Of a DNA stretch of 64,000 bases, positions 11,499 to 24,411 are shown piece by piece. The stretch is from the NCBI GenBank assembly GCA_009103225.1, contig RHPI01000026.1, positions 147,578-211,577 of the forward strand, written 5' to 3'. The DNA comes from Chlorokybus atmophyticus. Lineage: Eukaryota > Plantae > Mesostigma and Chlorokybus algae. Made by a program: the position numbers and the translations under genes. Under the pieces are notes generated by a model, which saw only the letters and a program-made list of their open reading frames with translations, ran no database searches and was not told the DNA's origin. How positions within the stretch are numbered: the first letter of the stretch is position 1; every line of letters starts with the position of its first letter.

Positions 11499-12247
11499 AT
11501 GGGCTTACGTGCAGCCGCCATGCGCTTGCTGCATTCTCCATTCAACATGTGCAAGGTGGCAGAGCTGTTGCAAGTCAATACGAGTACGATCAGTTGATGG
11601 AATCAACGCATCGGCATCGTGAAGCGCGTGTTTAGGCCGCAGAATCTCACTAGCGCAATCATCGAAACCTTCAGAACTCGAGTCGAGACCAATGTGGCGC
11701 TGACGCGCAATGATCTTGTACAGAAAGTGTACTCATTGTGCGCGGTTCACCTATCTTGACAGCTCGCAACCTCTGCCTTGAGACAATCCAGCAACAGCAA
11801 GCAGCGGTCGACTCACCCCGTTGCGTGTTCGTTGATGAAGTCGGTTTTGACGAGCGAACAGTGCAGTTGTTTGGCTACGCGCTCAGAGGTCAACGTGCAG
11901 TTTACAAGCTCTCCAGTTGCAGCCAGCGCATCAACGTTGTGGCTGTCATGGATTCTCTCGGAGTGTTGCGTCACATACTTTGCGAGGAATCTTGCAACAC
12001 GGAACGTTTCGTGGATGCGCTTGCAGCCCTGGACATTGCATCGGGGTCCGTCGTAGTCATGGACAAGGTGGCGTTTCATCACGGTCCGTTGACGAGAACT
12101 GGCTTGGAAGCATTGGGCTGTCGAGCGCTATTCATCCCACCCTACTCACCGGATTTCCATCCTATAGCAAAAGCATTTTCAGTGGTCAAGCAGCGCTTTC
12201 GCAGATTTCGTGCCGTGGGACAAACTGTCCGCGGCCTGCTTGATTGA
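11499..12247 (+). pseudogene. IS630/Tc1-mariner-type DDE transposase, inactivated
   Basis: ATG at 11499 opens an HTH (KVAELLQVNTSTIS*W) with in-frame TGAs at 11595 and 11757. A frameshift leads to the DDE domain: FVDEVGF, VVMDKVAFH, FIPPYSPDFHPIAKAF, where the catalytic Glu of NPIE is replaced by Ala. Confidence 0.88.
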
Positions 12248-12359
12248 CGTCGAATATTGTGCGTGTGTGGGTGCACGGGCATGTTAGGTCGTCACGGCAC
12301 ACAGTGTGTCTTTAAAATCATTGATAATGGCAATAAATGTCGTAAGTGAGCACGCGCGC

Positions 12360-12364
<5 letters not shown>

Positions 12365-12414
<50 letters not shown>
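12365..12414. repeat. (GA)n microsatellite running into an assembly gap
   Basis: Pure GA repeat. Confidence 0.95.
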
Positions 12415-12858
12415 NNNNNNNNNNNNNNNNNNNNNNNNNNNNNNNNNNNNNNNNNNNNNNNNNNNNNNNNNNNNNNNNNNNNNNNNNNNNNNNNNNNNNN
12501 NNNNNNNNNNNNNNNNNNNNNNNNNNNNNNNNNNNNNNNNNNNNNNNNNNNNNNNNNNNNNNNNNNNNNNNNNNNNNNNNNNNNNNNNNNNNNNNNNNNN
12601 NNNNNNNNNNNNNNNNNNNNNNNNNNNNNNNNNNNNNNNNNNNNNNNNNNNNNNNNNNNNNNNNNNNNNNNNNNNNNNNNNNNNNNNNNNNNNNNNNNNN
12701 NNNNNNNNNNNNNNNNNNNNNNNNNNNNNNNNNNNNNNNNNNNNNNNNNNNNNNNNNNNNNNNNNNNNNNNNNNNNNNNNNNNNNNNNNNNNNNNNNNNN
12801 NNNNNNNNNNNNNNNNNNNNNNNNNNNNNNNNNNNNNNNNNNNNNNNNNNNNNNNNNN
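12415..12858. other. Assembly gap (N run)
   Basis: 444 Ns. Confidence 1.
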
Positions 12859-12915
12859 GACCATGCTTCCCCTTCTACCCACCCACCCGGTTGCTAAACG
12901 CCATCCCTCTCGTAC

Positions 12916-13035
12916 CTTCGTCATGGGCTTCCCGCCGAGGTACTCCGGCGGACCCATCGACCCGGGGCTGCCGGCGGCGTGGCCGCGGGCGCCTCCGGGG
13001 GGAGGGGGGAGGGGCTCCAGGTGTGGCTGGGGCAT
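12916..13035 (-). CDS. Exon of an SMP/LEA-like paralog; remainder probably in the gap
   Basis: ...PGSMGPPEYLGGKPMTK followed by a GTACGA donor. Matches MGPPEYLAGRPMSR of the gene at 22175-23086. Confidence 0.6.
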
Positions 13036-15642
13036 GGCGGAGTGCCAGGCGTTGTACAAAGACGAGGAGGAGGAGGAGGAGGAGCACAAGGACAGGGACA
13101 AGGACAAGGACCAGGGACCCCCACCAGGAGAAGGACAAGGACGAGGACGCGGATTGAGACCAGCACAAGGACTGGGTCTAGGACAAGGAGCCAGTGCTGG
13201 CGCTTGCTGCTGACTTCAGCTTCTTGCTAGGTATTATCCACCCATCCATCCTTCCATCCATCCATCCACTCCGTTGCTTGCATGATGGTCAGCCTGTCTG
13301 CGATGCATGCCTGTTGCACGCGTAGCCTGCATCACCCCAGTCAGCAAGTCTGCGATCCCCAGTCAGCACAAACACGCCGAGGCGTTAGTCAGTGCAGTCA
13401 ATGCAGCACTGAGAGACTTGTGAGAGCTGTGACAGCTGTCACGCAGGGGCGGTTCATGTTGGAGAGTGAGAGGCGAGCTTGTGAGGGAGTGCGGGTGTGT
13501 GGGTGTGTGGGTGTGGGTGTGGGCGTCCCGGGAGGTGGTGTCGTGGGTCTTGGAGATGGCGTCTCCTGAGTACCGGAGGAGGGCGGCTGAGCCCCAGCCG
13601 TGGAAGCGCACGCGGGGACATCAGCCCAAGGCGGTACGAGAGGAGAGACGAAAGTGAGTGTTGTGGTTTGGTCGACTTGCCATGACCACCAACACATGCA
13701 AGCTCAAACAGGAAGCTTGACGACTGCATCAGTGGTTTCCCTTGCATGCTGATGGGCGCACATGCACACGCATGTGTGCACATGGCCATGACTTCTTGCT
13801 ACTTGTAGCATGTCAAGGAGCCAAGTTTGCTGAACAGCTTGCATGCATGCATGCATGCATGCTTGCAAGCTTCAACGAGCTGGCGCGATGCGTCATGTGC
13901 TTGCAACTATTTTAGAGTAAAACAATTTGCATGCTACAATGACACCTACACAGCCGTGATTGGATGACGCAGTGCCACTTCAGTGCTTGCCAATCAGTGA
14001 ACCTTTTCTGTGCCCATCAGCACGGATGCAGCACCAATTGGAGCCACCAGTTCGTGTCATGCATACATTTACCACCCTGAGATGCACTATGAGAGTTCTG
14101 GAGAGCAATGCCACAGACGGACTATACTCGACAGCATGCAGACACTCTGAGTGCACGTGCACAATCTCGCAGGGCACGGAAGGAGCACGAGGCGGCAGAG
14201 CAGAGGCGCACCAAGGGCGCGCACGCTCGTGAAGTGCAGCACTACTCGCGGCACTTGGACGGCGCAAGCGGCGGCAACAACGACGAGGACGAGGAGGACA
14301 ACAACCACAACGACAACAACCACAACAAGGAAGAGAGCGCAGCTGGTATTGGAGAGAATCGCGAGCCTGCGGGGGAGTCCAGCAGCGCAGCTACTGAAGA
14401 AGAGAGCGGTGGAGACAATGAAGAAGAGGCTGGTGAAGTACATGAGCAATCAGAGGTAAAGCACACACCACTGGTGGCACTACTCTAAGCGTTGTCGCTT
14501 CAGTTGTGTCTGCATGAGAGTGTCTGTGCGCACTTGCACACACACATGCGAGCGCGTGTGTGCATGTGTGTGCATCCACATGCACGTGCATCGCGGCCCG
14601 TATTACTGACTAACGGGGTGTGTGTCCGTACACGCGTGCGTGCATGCGTGCCCAATGTTTAGATCTTGATGAGCATATGATGTCTGTGAATCTTGTTGCA
14701 ACAAGGCCCTTGCATCTATTTACTACCACTATGCCATACCGAGAGGCACTCCGCAGATGATGTAGCTGGCACCCACTACCAAGGTACTGCAGGTGACAGG
14801 CCACCAGGGCGCTCGTGGTGATAGCCAAAGCTGGGTGTGGCGTACACTGTTGCTGTTTGATTGCGCCAATGGCTGGCTGATACTTGAGCACATTTGAGGG
14901 GACTTTTATAAGAGAAAATGTCGGCAACTGTGCCAGTTTGGTAGCCTTAGCGGCCTTCATGCCATCATGCATCGTTCGCAGTACAAAATGGATTGAAGCC
15001 GTTCGCACATGTGATTTGGTGTACATGTAATTTGGTTCAGTGTGATGGATACCAGATCAGTGACGATGAGAAAGACCAATATCCAGCACCAGTACCACTA
15101 ACAGTAATGGCATGACAATGAGAATGAGTTTATTGGCTGGTAGCATCACCAATAATGACGTACCTGAACATCAGGTAGATGATGGTTGAGTTATGCACTG
15201 ACTTGACCGAAGTCTGCGTCAGGGCGCTCGATATACCCTTGACATCATTGACATACATAATGCGGAGTGCAGGCACAAGAGGCTTGTTGTACGGCGGCTG
15301 GTAAGCACGCAGGATATCCTTTTACCATAATTATGGCATAGCAATACCTTGCTTGCGTAACAACATGGCATATTGAGGCCTATCTCAGTCGCGCTAGCGC
15401 TTGCGCCAGCTTAGGTGAGTGTTGTTGGCGGAATCGGTACACTGTTTGCGCATGCTTTGCAATGACAACTGCCAGGTAAGTCATTGCAATACTGTGCACC
15501 GCAGACAGATGGACATGACAGCAAATCAGCACTCACTGTGTGTCACTTGAAAGACTCTGAATTCTTGCATGAATTTGACTAATACTTAGATAACTACAGA
15601 CAAAACTGTGTTGCAACGAAGACCAACCTCCCGCACCCAATA

Positions 15643-17937
15643 CTATTGCTCAACAGCGTCCTCCTTAACCCACCGGTCTTTCCGCTTGCCAAGAAGCAAC
15701 CGCTGCAGCACAAGTTACTGGTCAACATCAATATATCAATGCTGCAAAAGCTCAATGCAGCAGCTTACTTCAAAGATTTGGGTGTAGGCCTTCTTTTTTG
15801 TGAGGAACTTGATGTAGGTATTGCCAGGCTTGCCTGTCGGCACGGCGCGCACCCTCGGCACGAGATACTGCGCGACTTCATTGGCCTCCTCCGCTAGTAT
15901 GTTGATGAAGAACCTGATCAGGAAGGTGTTTAAGTGGGGTATTGTGTCTCACCTGGCATCTTGCAGGGTGTAACACATATCACAAGCAACAGTATGTAAC
16001 ATGCTTACTTGGCTGTTTTGGTATCGGCGCCAGACATGAGCAGCTCTGTGGTCACCATGCCAGGAGACAGGTTGTGTATGAACACATTGTTGATACCAAG
16101 CAGTTTCAGCTCTGCCTGCCAAGGAAAGGCATTGCGTTTCACAAGATGTTGCTGCGAGGTGTGTGAGGTTCAACTGTAATAGCACAAAACACCTGCAAGG
16201 ACTTTGACAGCTGTAGTAGACTGCGCTTTGTGGCGCCGTAAGCTGCAAAGCGGGGGGTGGCCCCACCATCAGCACCTGCGCCGTCCATGTTGAATATGTG
16301 GCCTCCACCCTTTTGATCTCTCATGAGCCTGATGGCCTGTGTTAACAGGAAGATGAAGTCAACTGTGTATAAGCAGCATGTGCGTGTATGTTAAGCCGCT
16401 ACCTCTCTGCAGCAGAGCAGCACTCCAAGCGTGTTCGTCTGCACAATATCCCTGCAAATTGCAAATTAGTCAATAACATTCTGCCTGTTTGCATGTGCAC
16501 GCACACATACCAGGGCTGTGCAATGTTAACATGTACACATGCATGTTGATGTACCACTGTGTTTTGGCGCGTGAAGCAGTATACATGCATGTACAGCACA
16601 AACCTACAGCTGAGTCAGAAACTAAGCATGTCGTAATCTCACCTCAAAGCATCATCGGATACATTCACCAGAGTGTCATATGTGTACGCATTCGACCCTG
16701 CGTTGTTAATCTGACAAAGCCACTCACTGTCAATTAACTGTCAATGCAACTTGTACAGCTCAATTACAAAAAGCTTCCCCTTACCCATAGGTGGATGTTG
16801 CCCAGCGCCTGCTTGGCAGTTGCAGCGAGCGACTTCACATCTGCAGCATTTGATACGTCACATCTTGCGCCCTGTTAGCACCAAAGCACTGTCACTATCT
16901 GAACGCACCACCACATCGTGCATCAACTCGCATGGATGGCTCACTTACATGAACCCTGTCTTTGCCAAACTCTTTACGCAATTCCTCAAGGGTGCTCTTG
17001 ACACGCTCGTCTACTCGTATTGTTGGGTTTAGTATTACGCCGGAGGAGATGTTACATGCTCGTAGGTGTGCGCATACACAAACACACATGCATTCACACA
17101 AACTCACGCCCGAACACACAAATGCGTATCGACAACTTAACGTGCCTGTTCTTGAGCAGATGAACACGGCGTCCCCTGCTTGGAGAAACTCCCTGGCCAA
17201 AGCCAACCCAACACCTGTAGATACGCAATGCAATATGAATATAATTTCCGCATGATTATATTAAGTATCAACCATGCTGAAAATACTTTTCATCTGGCCA
17301 CACAAGATGGTAACAAGAGGCAAGACATGATGGTTGAAGTACAATATACACAATGCTTCCACTTGCCAAACTGCTACAGAAAATTGGTTACTGCATGAAA
17401 GACGTGCTGTGGATCATCAGCTCTATGGTTAGTTAATGCTTGAAGTGCTGTTGTCTTTTGTTCTCTGTGTTGGCTCCATTCTTCTGATTGCAAACAATCC
17501 AATGACAACACAACAAACCACCAATCTCACTGCATGCAAAACAACACAAGAAAGAAAACACCCAGCGTAGCACCTTTGGTGGAGCCAGTAATGACGACGC
17601 CGAAAGGCGGCTGCATGCCTTGGCCGCTACCGCTGCTGGTGCGGCTGTCTTCAGCAGCAGTAGTAGCTGCTGAAGCGGTCGCAGCAGCAGTGCGTGCTCC
17701 TCTCCGGTCATGACAGCGACGCCGGGACGCAACCCAGCCATCCCGCTCACCACGACGACCAGCTGCAGATGGTGGCCAGCCCGAGCAGGCCAGCCGCTGC
17801 TTGTAGCTCACGGCTCTGCGGGCATCGCCGGCGACGTTGCCGGCACTGCTTCTAGCTTGAGGCTTCGCATTGCGTCGACCCGCTGACCCCACCCCCGGTA
17901 AGCATACCACCGCCGCCGCCGCAGACGTCGCCATCAT
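15643..17937 (-). CDS. NOL: Chlorophyll(ide) b reductase NOL-like short-chain dehydrogenase (multi-exon)
   Basis: Transit-peptide-like N-terminus, then PPFGVVITGSTKG/VGLALAREFLQAGDAVFICSR, GGHIFNMDGAGADGGATPRFAAYGATKRS, HNLSPGMVTTELLMSGA, FFINILAE and RLLLGKRKDRWVKED, with GT-AG introns. Confidence 0.92.
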
Positions 17938-18575
17938 CGCTGCTGCTGCTCAGTGCAGCTACGACGGATGCTTGCTCACGTGTGAGCGGCACAGGCGACG
18001 GCGGCGGCGGTGGTGTAACTGTGATTGTGCCTGTAATCAAGCTTGCGTGTGAGGTTGTGGTTGCTTGTCTTAAGCTGCGGCATAGCGCAAGCTGCCGCAG
18101 CTGGTGCATGTGACGCAGCAAGCTCAAGTCAAGTAAGCCTGCTTGTTGCGTTGAGCGAACCGAAAAGCAGGTTCATAAAGACGGCACAAAAGCAGCGTGC
18201 TTTGGTGCAGTCTTTATTACCTGCTTGCAGTGTGTACTGTTGACCTTTGACAGTGTGCATTACGCTTGCCATCTATCTGCTGCCTTTGCGTCTGTGTTCA
18301 CTTGTTTCTCGTGCATTTGGGCAGGGAAACGTAAGCAGACTGTGAACTGCGCGACTTGACAGAGAGTGTCGGCTGTGTGCGCAAGAGCAGCATGTTCGTT
18401 TGCACAGCACGACCATGCTTGCAACCATGGCGCATACACACACGCTTGCGCCCGCCTCAACTGCCTGTTCTCAGCAGCTGCAAACATCCGGTACATATTC
18501 ACCCACGCAAGTACAAAACACATTGTCTCACATCTGTCATCAAACCATGCACACAACCAGCTTGTCTTCTTGTAG

Positions 18576-20125
18576 GTGGCTGTTGCAACCAGCGGAGCTA
18601 CTGAGAGCCAAACAGCCCGCAACAACAGCACACACACAACAATTGCCTCGCGCACGTGCGTTGAGACGGAGGTCAAGCGCAGCCGCTTCATCACGCACGC
18701 GGCGGCTGTGGACGCCGAGTCGGCCGCTTTCAAGTTCTTTGATGAGGTATGTGCTGTGTTTGAGTACGCTTGACTCAGTCAGAACCTGGTAATCGTTGAT
18801 CATGCCAAGCTTCTTTGTTGTAGCAAGAACCCCTGTTGTAGAAGCACAGTTTAAATGCACTCCAGGCTCTGTGTCCAATGCATACTTTGTTGTTGGTATG
18901 CCCTGTCCGCTCATGGCAAAGACGTGCATTCGCAACTACGACATGCTACGCTTGTGCCGACTTATACTGTAGTTGACTGCCAATAACTACACCCTTACGC
19001 ATGCATGCCACCAGTTACCACTGCATGCGATCGAAATCAAGATACACATGCCATGCATTATACAGTGGCTCATGCATGACAACGGCACCAAGTTCAGTTG
19101 ACTCGGCACTTATGGCTTTTGTCAGGGTGGGCCATGACATGCACACAAGCACACACACGCGCACATGCGCACACGCATGCGCGCACACACCGTCATGCGT
19201 GGCCAAGTAGGTCAGGGATCCTTCCGCATCCCACAATTGTTGGGCATACAAGATCGGCGGGTCATACCGCTTCAGTGACGATGGTGAGCCCGGTGGCACG
19301 GCCGGCAGACCCATCCTGAGCGCCATCGAGGGTGAGTCCCTCGACCACGTGGCAGTCCTTGTCGTAAGGTACTGTTGAGGTGGTAGTTGCTTTATTGTTT
19401 ATTGTTTCAAGTGATGGGTGGAAATAGAACTAGCTCATGTAGTCAATGGGTAGGCACTTCGGAGGCACTAAGCTGGGGACTGGCGGGCTGGTGCGAGCAT
19501 ACGGTGGAGCCGCCCAGGCTTGTCTACGCGCCGCGCCGCGAGTCACCATCACAGCAAAGGCATGGGCTGCACACTTTTATGATCAACCCTGATTAACAAG
19601 GGGGCAGATGCCTGCATTATTCAGTCACGCTTGCTTTGCTTTGAGCTGCACGAGTTAAACTATTCAGGTGGAACTTGCTGCATTGTGGCTTGCCATGCCT
19701 TCATCTTGCGGTTTGTTTGTGCACCGTATGAAGTCTACAAATAAACAGATAGTACTTCCTTGTGCATGGGCACTCTACCTCGCTTAATTGTAGGTCATGT
19801 ACACGATTCTCACCGTGACTGTCACTGGCAGACACGGGTCAGGCTGCGCGCACCCATCGAGTACGTGGGCACAATGTACCAACTGGTACGCCTGTTCAGC
19901 CATATGCATGTTTCATGGACATCACTGATGTTAATCAAGCCACAACTCTTTGCTCATCTACAGTTGCTCGCACACGGCGCTGAGAAGTCGGACGAACAGT
20001 ACAGTACGGACGACAGCCGTGGCGTCGTGACCATGACCCTGCAGGTTGAAGTGGAAGCCGTGGCGGCCTTGCAAGATGCCCTGAAGAACGGCACCAGTGG
20101 TCTGGGCACTGTCACACCGATATAG
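18576..20125 (+). CDS. IMPACT/YigZ (UPF0029) family protein (multi-exon; start codon unresolved)
   Basis: [64 protein letters not shown]. Ends at TAG 20123-20125. Confidence 0.9.
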
Positions 20126-22174
20126 TTCCAAGATGGCGATGTGAATACAGGAGCTCCCAACCTACAACAAGCTTGGCTTGTGCGCGGCTCGATTGGTGCA
20201 CACGAGCCACTTCTATTCACAATGTTGGCCCGCTAAGCCCAGGTATGAGCCCTGATGATGCGTGCATGCAGCCAATATATCAGTTGCACTGAAAGCTTAC
20301 ACTCCAGACAATCAATGACTAGTCCGCTTTGCTTATAGGTGAATGTACGCGGCAGTCCTTGCTGGTGCAAGTGGAGCGGGTCACATGTCGTACCATACAA
20401 CATGTGAACAAAAGGGAGTTGGGTGAAGCAAGGATTATTTACACTAGTGAGGTTGTCTAGATAGCGCCACTCTATCACTACAGTTCGCTATAAACAAGCT
20501 TGATCTGCATTATGAGTCGTACATTGGTAGTTGAGGGAGAATGCGCCGCGCGTTGACTCCGCTCAGACTTGCTGAAGCGCTTAGCTACCACATGTTATGG
20601 AAATAAGGCTTCAGCAGTTGCTCCAGGCTTGAGCGCTTGCAGCCAGACCTGGTGATGATGCGTGTATGCATGCCTGCATTTAACGGGGTTGGGGCTAGTA
20701 GTGAAGTTAGGTAGTGAGTAGGTTGAACGCCCGTTGGTAAATGTAAGTGTTGACTGCTGTTGTGTGTGGTGTGCTTTGCATGCCTCACATTCTCATGCAT
20801 GCCGCAATCCTGTATCCTATATGTTGTATACCACATCAGGCTTTGACCCTTGTAGTCGTGCGGATTTGACTTGGATGTTTGTATGTCAGAGGCGCAAGCA
20901 TACAGATGTATAGAGAAAGGAACAATATTGTGACTTGCTTCGCTGCACCTGAAAGATGCAAGCGTCTACGACAGTGTCGATTCTTCGGTTTGGGCTCAGC
21001 TGTTGCATGCTGCACTAGTCTATCGTCGGCCAGGGGTTGTACATCAAACGCAGGACATGCATGCGCATGCACAACGTGTAGTCCAGTCAGCACGCAGCGA
21101 CACATGCAAGGTGTCGCACAAATGACATTTGGTTGACCACCGGGCTACTACTAGCACGCTAATCTACTGCATCTACCCCGTTAGACATGCAGCAGTCAAT
21201 ATGCAGTTGGTAATCACCTGCCCACATGGGCGTTGGTTAGTTGTTGGCGCTTTCGGTCACGCAGACAGCATGCACATTGGCGACCAGGACTCCCTCTCCC
21301 TCTCTCCCTGGCTCCGCCTCCTTCCTCGCCCTCTGCTAGCGACGCAGCAGGGTTTGCTGGGTTGTGTCGTTGTTGCGTTGCATTGCCGATGTCAGCAGTG
21401 CCTGGTCCAGTGCCCTCCGCACAGGTTGTGCTGTGTTCGGTTCGGGTGCTGGGCTGGTTAGGTGGTGGTTGGGGTTGGGTGGTGGGGTTGGTTGCCTGCG
21501 TCTCCGGCATGGGCAAGCTGTGCTACATGCATATGGCTACCGGAGTCATTGATTGTTCTTGCTGTGATGTCTGCTTGCTGCCGTGCACACACCAGCCCAA
21601 CATCGTACGCACCCTCGTGTGCGATGTTGCTATGAATGCTATTATTGCTACAATGTCTATCAGCATGCTGCTGGCTGATGATACGCCGTGCTGAATGTCA
21701 TGGAATAGTCTCGCACTGACCATATGCGCATTGTCCGCTGACAGCACGCTCGTACAACACCATATGTACTCATACTTATATGTACATACAATGCGCATGG
21801 CATATGCTCATGCACAGCGACCATCACCATCCCACAATCATACCACTCACATTTCACACTACCACGTAGTTCACCACCGGGCTACTCTACCTAATCTACC
21901 TACTACTGCTAACACCCCGTTAGCCATGCAAGCATGCATACATGCACAGTCACCTGCGGCACGGCTGTACTGGAAGTCACATGAGCAGTGCGTTCCATGC
22001 TGCTCAGGTTAACAGCGGTGTGACCCGCTATCAAGCTTACGCTCATATTGACAACCTAGACACATATGTACATGGGGGGGTGTAGGTGCTATGCTGCTTA
22101 CGCTCGTACATTCCCAACATGTTGGGTGGGACAAAACACGAGCACAAAATTATGCGTAATGTTCGGATTGTCTA

Positions 22175-23086
22175 CTCGGCACTCCCTGCATTGCGTTCTG
22201 CCGCAACCTACGAAGCAGGTACTCAGTACGCTCGAAGTACACACAGGCACCCCACTATGCACACGCACGGAGCGGAGTTCTTGTGCTGCAACGCAAGCAA
22301 ACGGGCACACATGCACGCGCGCACGCATACGCACAGGCGCACACGCATACATATACTTGCACGCACGCACCCATGCACGCACTCGCTCGCACACACGCAC
22401 ACCCACACCCACACCCACACCCGCGCGCCTGCACTTTTTCCCACAATCAATGGATCCAGCACGCACACAGATGCACACGCACCATGGCCCGGTGCGCGAA
22501 GCCTCCCTCCTGGATGTTTCCTCCAGTCTGCTTGGCCTCTGCGGCCGCGATATGCTCTGCGGCCTCGCGCGTCACGGGCCGCCCAGCGATGTACTCGGGC
22601 GGGACGTGCTCCTCGTCACCATGAATCCCCGCTGGCCTGATATATGTGTACGCGTGTGCATGTGGTTTCAGCATCAGCTAAGCACCCACTGCTACACTCA
22701 GTCTGACAAAGACACAGTTTCACATCCCTTGAGCATTCACACGTGCACAATCAAGCCACCCAACCTTCTGCCTCGCGGCGCCTCCTTCACAGGATCCTCC
22801 CCAACCGCCCACTCATTCGCCGCAGCCTAACACACACAACCACACATCGCCCCCCCTTTCCCCCTCCCCCCAACACATCATCACCCCCACTCACCTGAGC
22901 TTGTGCAGCGAAGCCTTTCCTCTCAATCCTTCCCCCCGTCACCGCCCTCTCCGCCTTGGCGATCTCCGCAGCGGCCTCGCGCGACATGGGCCGGCCCGCG
23001 AGGTACTCCGGGGGGCCCATCGTCGGGTCAGGGTTGCTTTGGTTGTTGGGGAGAGATGAGAAGATGTCGGGGGCGACTGAGCGCAT
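22175..23086 (-). CDS. Seed-maturation-protein (SMP/LEA) family protein with two repeats, 4 exons
   Basis: Repeat 1: RPMSREAAAEIAKAERAVTGGRIERKGFAAQAQ|AAANEW. Repeat 2: RPVTREAAEHIAAAEAKQTGGNIQEGGFAHRAM|VAAERN. Intron phases are consistent (0, 2, 0). Confidence 0.8.
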
Positions 23087-24411
23087 GGAGAGGGGGCTGG
23101 GATGGGAGGGAGAAGGTGGTGTTAGGGGTTGGGGGGATAGCGGTTGGTGTTTGCTTGTGATGGTCTTACCCTTGGGCATGTTGCGTTGCCTCGCTTGTTG
23201 GGTGCTGATTCTGGTGCATGCGAGGTGGAGAGAGCAGGTAAGAGCAGAGGCAGAAGCGAGTGAGAAGAGACGTCGAGTGCAAAGGGAAGCTGTATGTATT
23301 GAGCCAGCTACTACTACTATTTGTATTACTCCTGCAACAGAAGCTTGCCCACATGCATCCGGGCGTGCATGTATGGGGGAGGTATACGCAGACAAGCATT
23401 CACAGGACTCTGAAGTGCAAGTGTGAGCGTTTCAATATGTGTCGGTGACTGGGTTGCAGTCGTCAAAAGAGCCATCACACAGTCGGCGAACTTTGTCGGC
23501 AAGCACGTAAACGTCATTCCTGCTGCTGGTCTCAAAGGGGCGACTAAAACAAGGCAATGGTTTACAACACACGCATTTTGCAAGGGTTATCTCTCACATC
23601 GAGAGGGTGCTGCGGTTGATGATTCCTTCACGTGCCATCAACATTGAGCAAGTCATCTGATTGCAATCGCACTCGACGAGAGCGGCCACGCTAGCTCTGA
23701 TGCGCATGAATGCATCTATGCACACGTGTTGTGCAAACCGTACGCCATAACAGCAGTGCTGTTATTGATGCACAACATGCAGGCAAAGCCGCACCCAACT
23801 GTCTTCCTTGCAAGCGTGTATCTATCCCCTCACCTCAGCCATGGTGCTGTGCGCGCTTATACCGCCGACGACACCCTCGCAAGAATACTCCTCGCCCTCC
23901 AAGAGCCAACACGGCGTCTAGCTTGGGGCCTGAGACTTTCTGCATGCACATCTTCCAGTCTACACTTCCGCTGTTTCCCCCTCCAAGCGGCGATGGAGCT
24001 TCCAGTCTTCCGGATCTCGGAAGTTGTGCGCAAGGGTCTCTGTCCAGGTGGCAGACCTGGTCTGCCAGAGCAGCCCTTTGCCCTTGTCAGCACATGAGTG
24101 CGTAGTTGTCAGCTGGTGACGCGCCTTTTCCGACGTGGCGACGCAGCACGGACCTGTCAGCCGTTGATAGTGCGTCCCCGCGTGCATGAACGGTCAGGAT
24201 GCGTTACATATTGTTCGCGACAGGGCGCGTCGCTGTACGACCGGCTTGCAAAAATCCCGCCATGAGGTGACCGGGTCACAACCTAGCACTATCGGTCGTC
24301 AGCTGGTTTTGGCTCATTTAGCCAATGGTCTGCAATTGTCTGTGCGAATCATCGCTTTGCTGCCTAACAGCAAAGGCGGTCTTCAATCATGTTTGTGCAT
24401 TAGGGTTTGGC

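Noticed and set aside
11400-12360. Terminal inverted repeats and TA target duplication for the IS630 element
   Set aside because: None found by eye; the right end may be lost at the GA repeat and gap.
12292-13230. Long ORFs spanning the N gap and GA/GAG/GACAAG repeats
   Set aside because: Artefacts of Ns and microsatellites.
14100-15500. Possible gene(s) between the SMP fragment and NOL
   Set aside because: Plausible exons and splice sites on both strands conflict, and no consistent model or domain was found.
21872-21890. TAGCCCGGTGGT resembling a tRNA A-box
   Set aside because: No B-box or cloverleaf follows; kept only as part of the dispersed motif.
23400-24190. Several 75-130-aa ORFs
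   Set aside because: No motif or coherent splice pattern.
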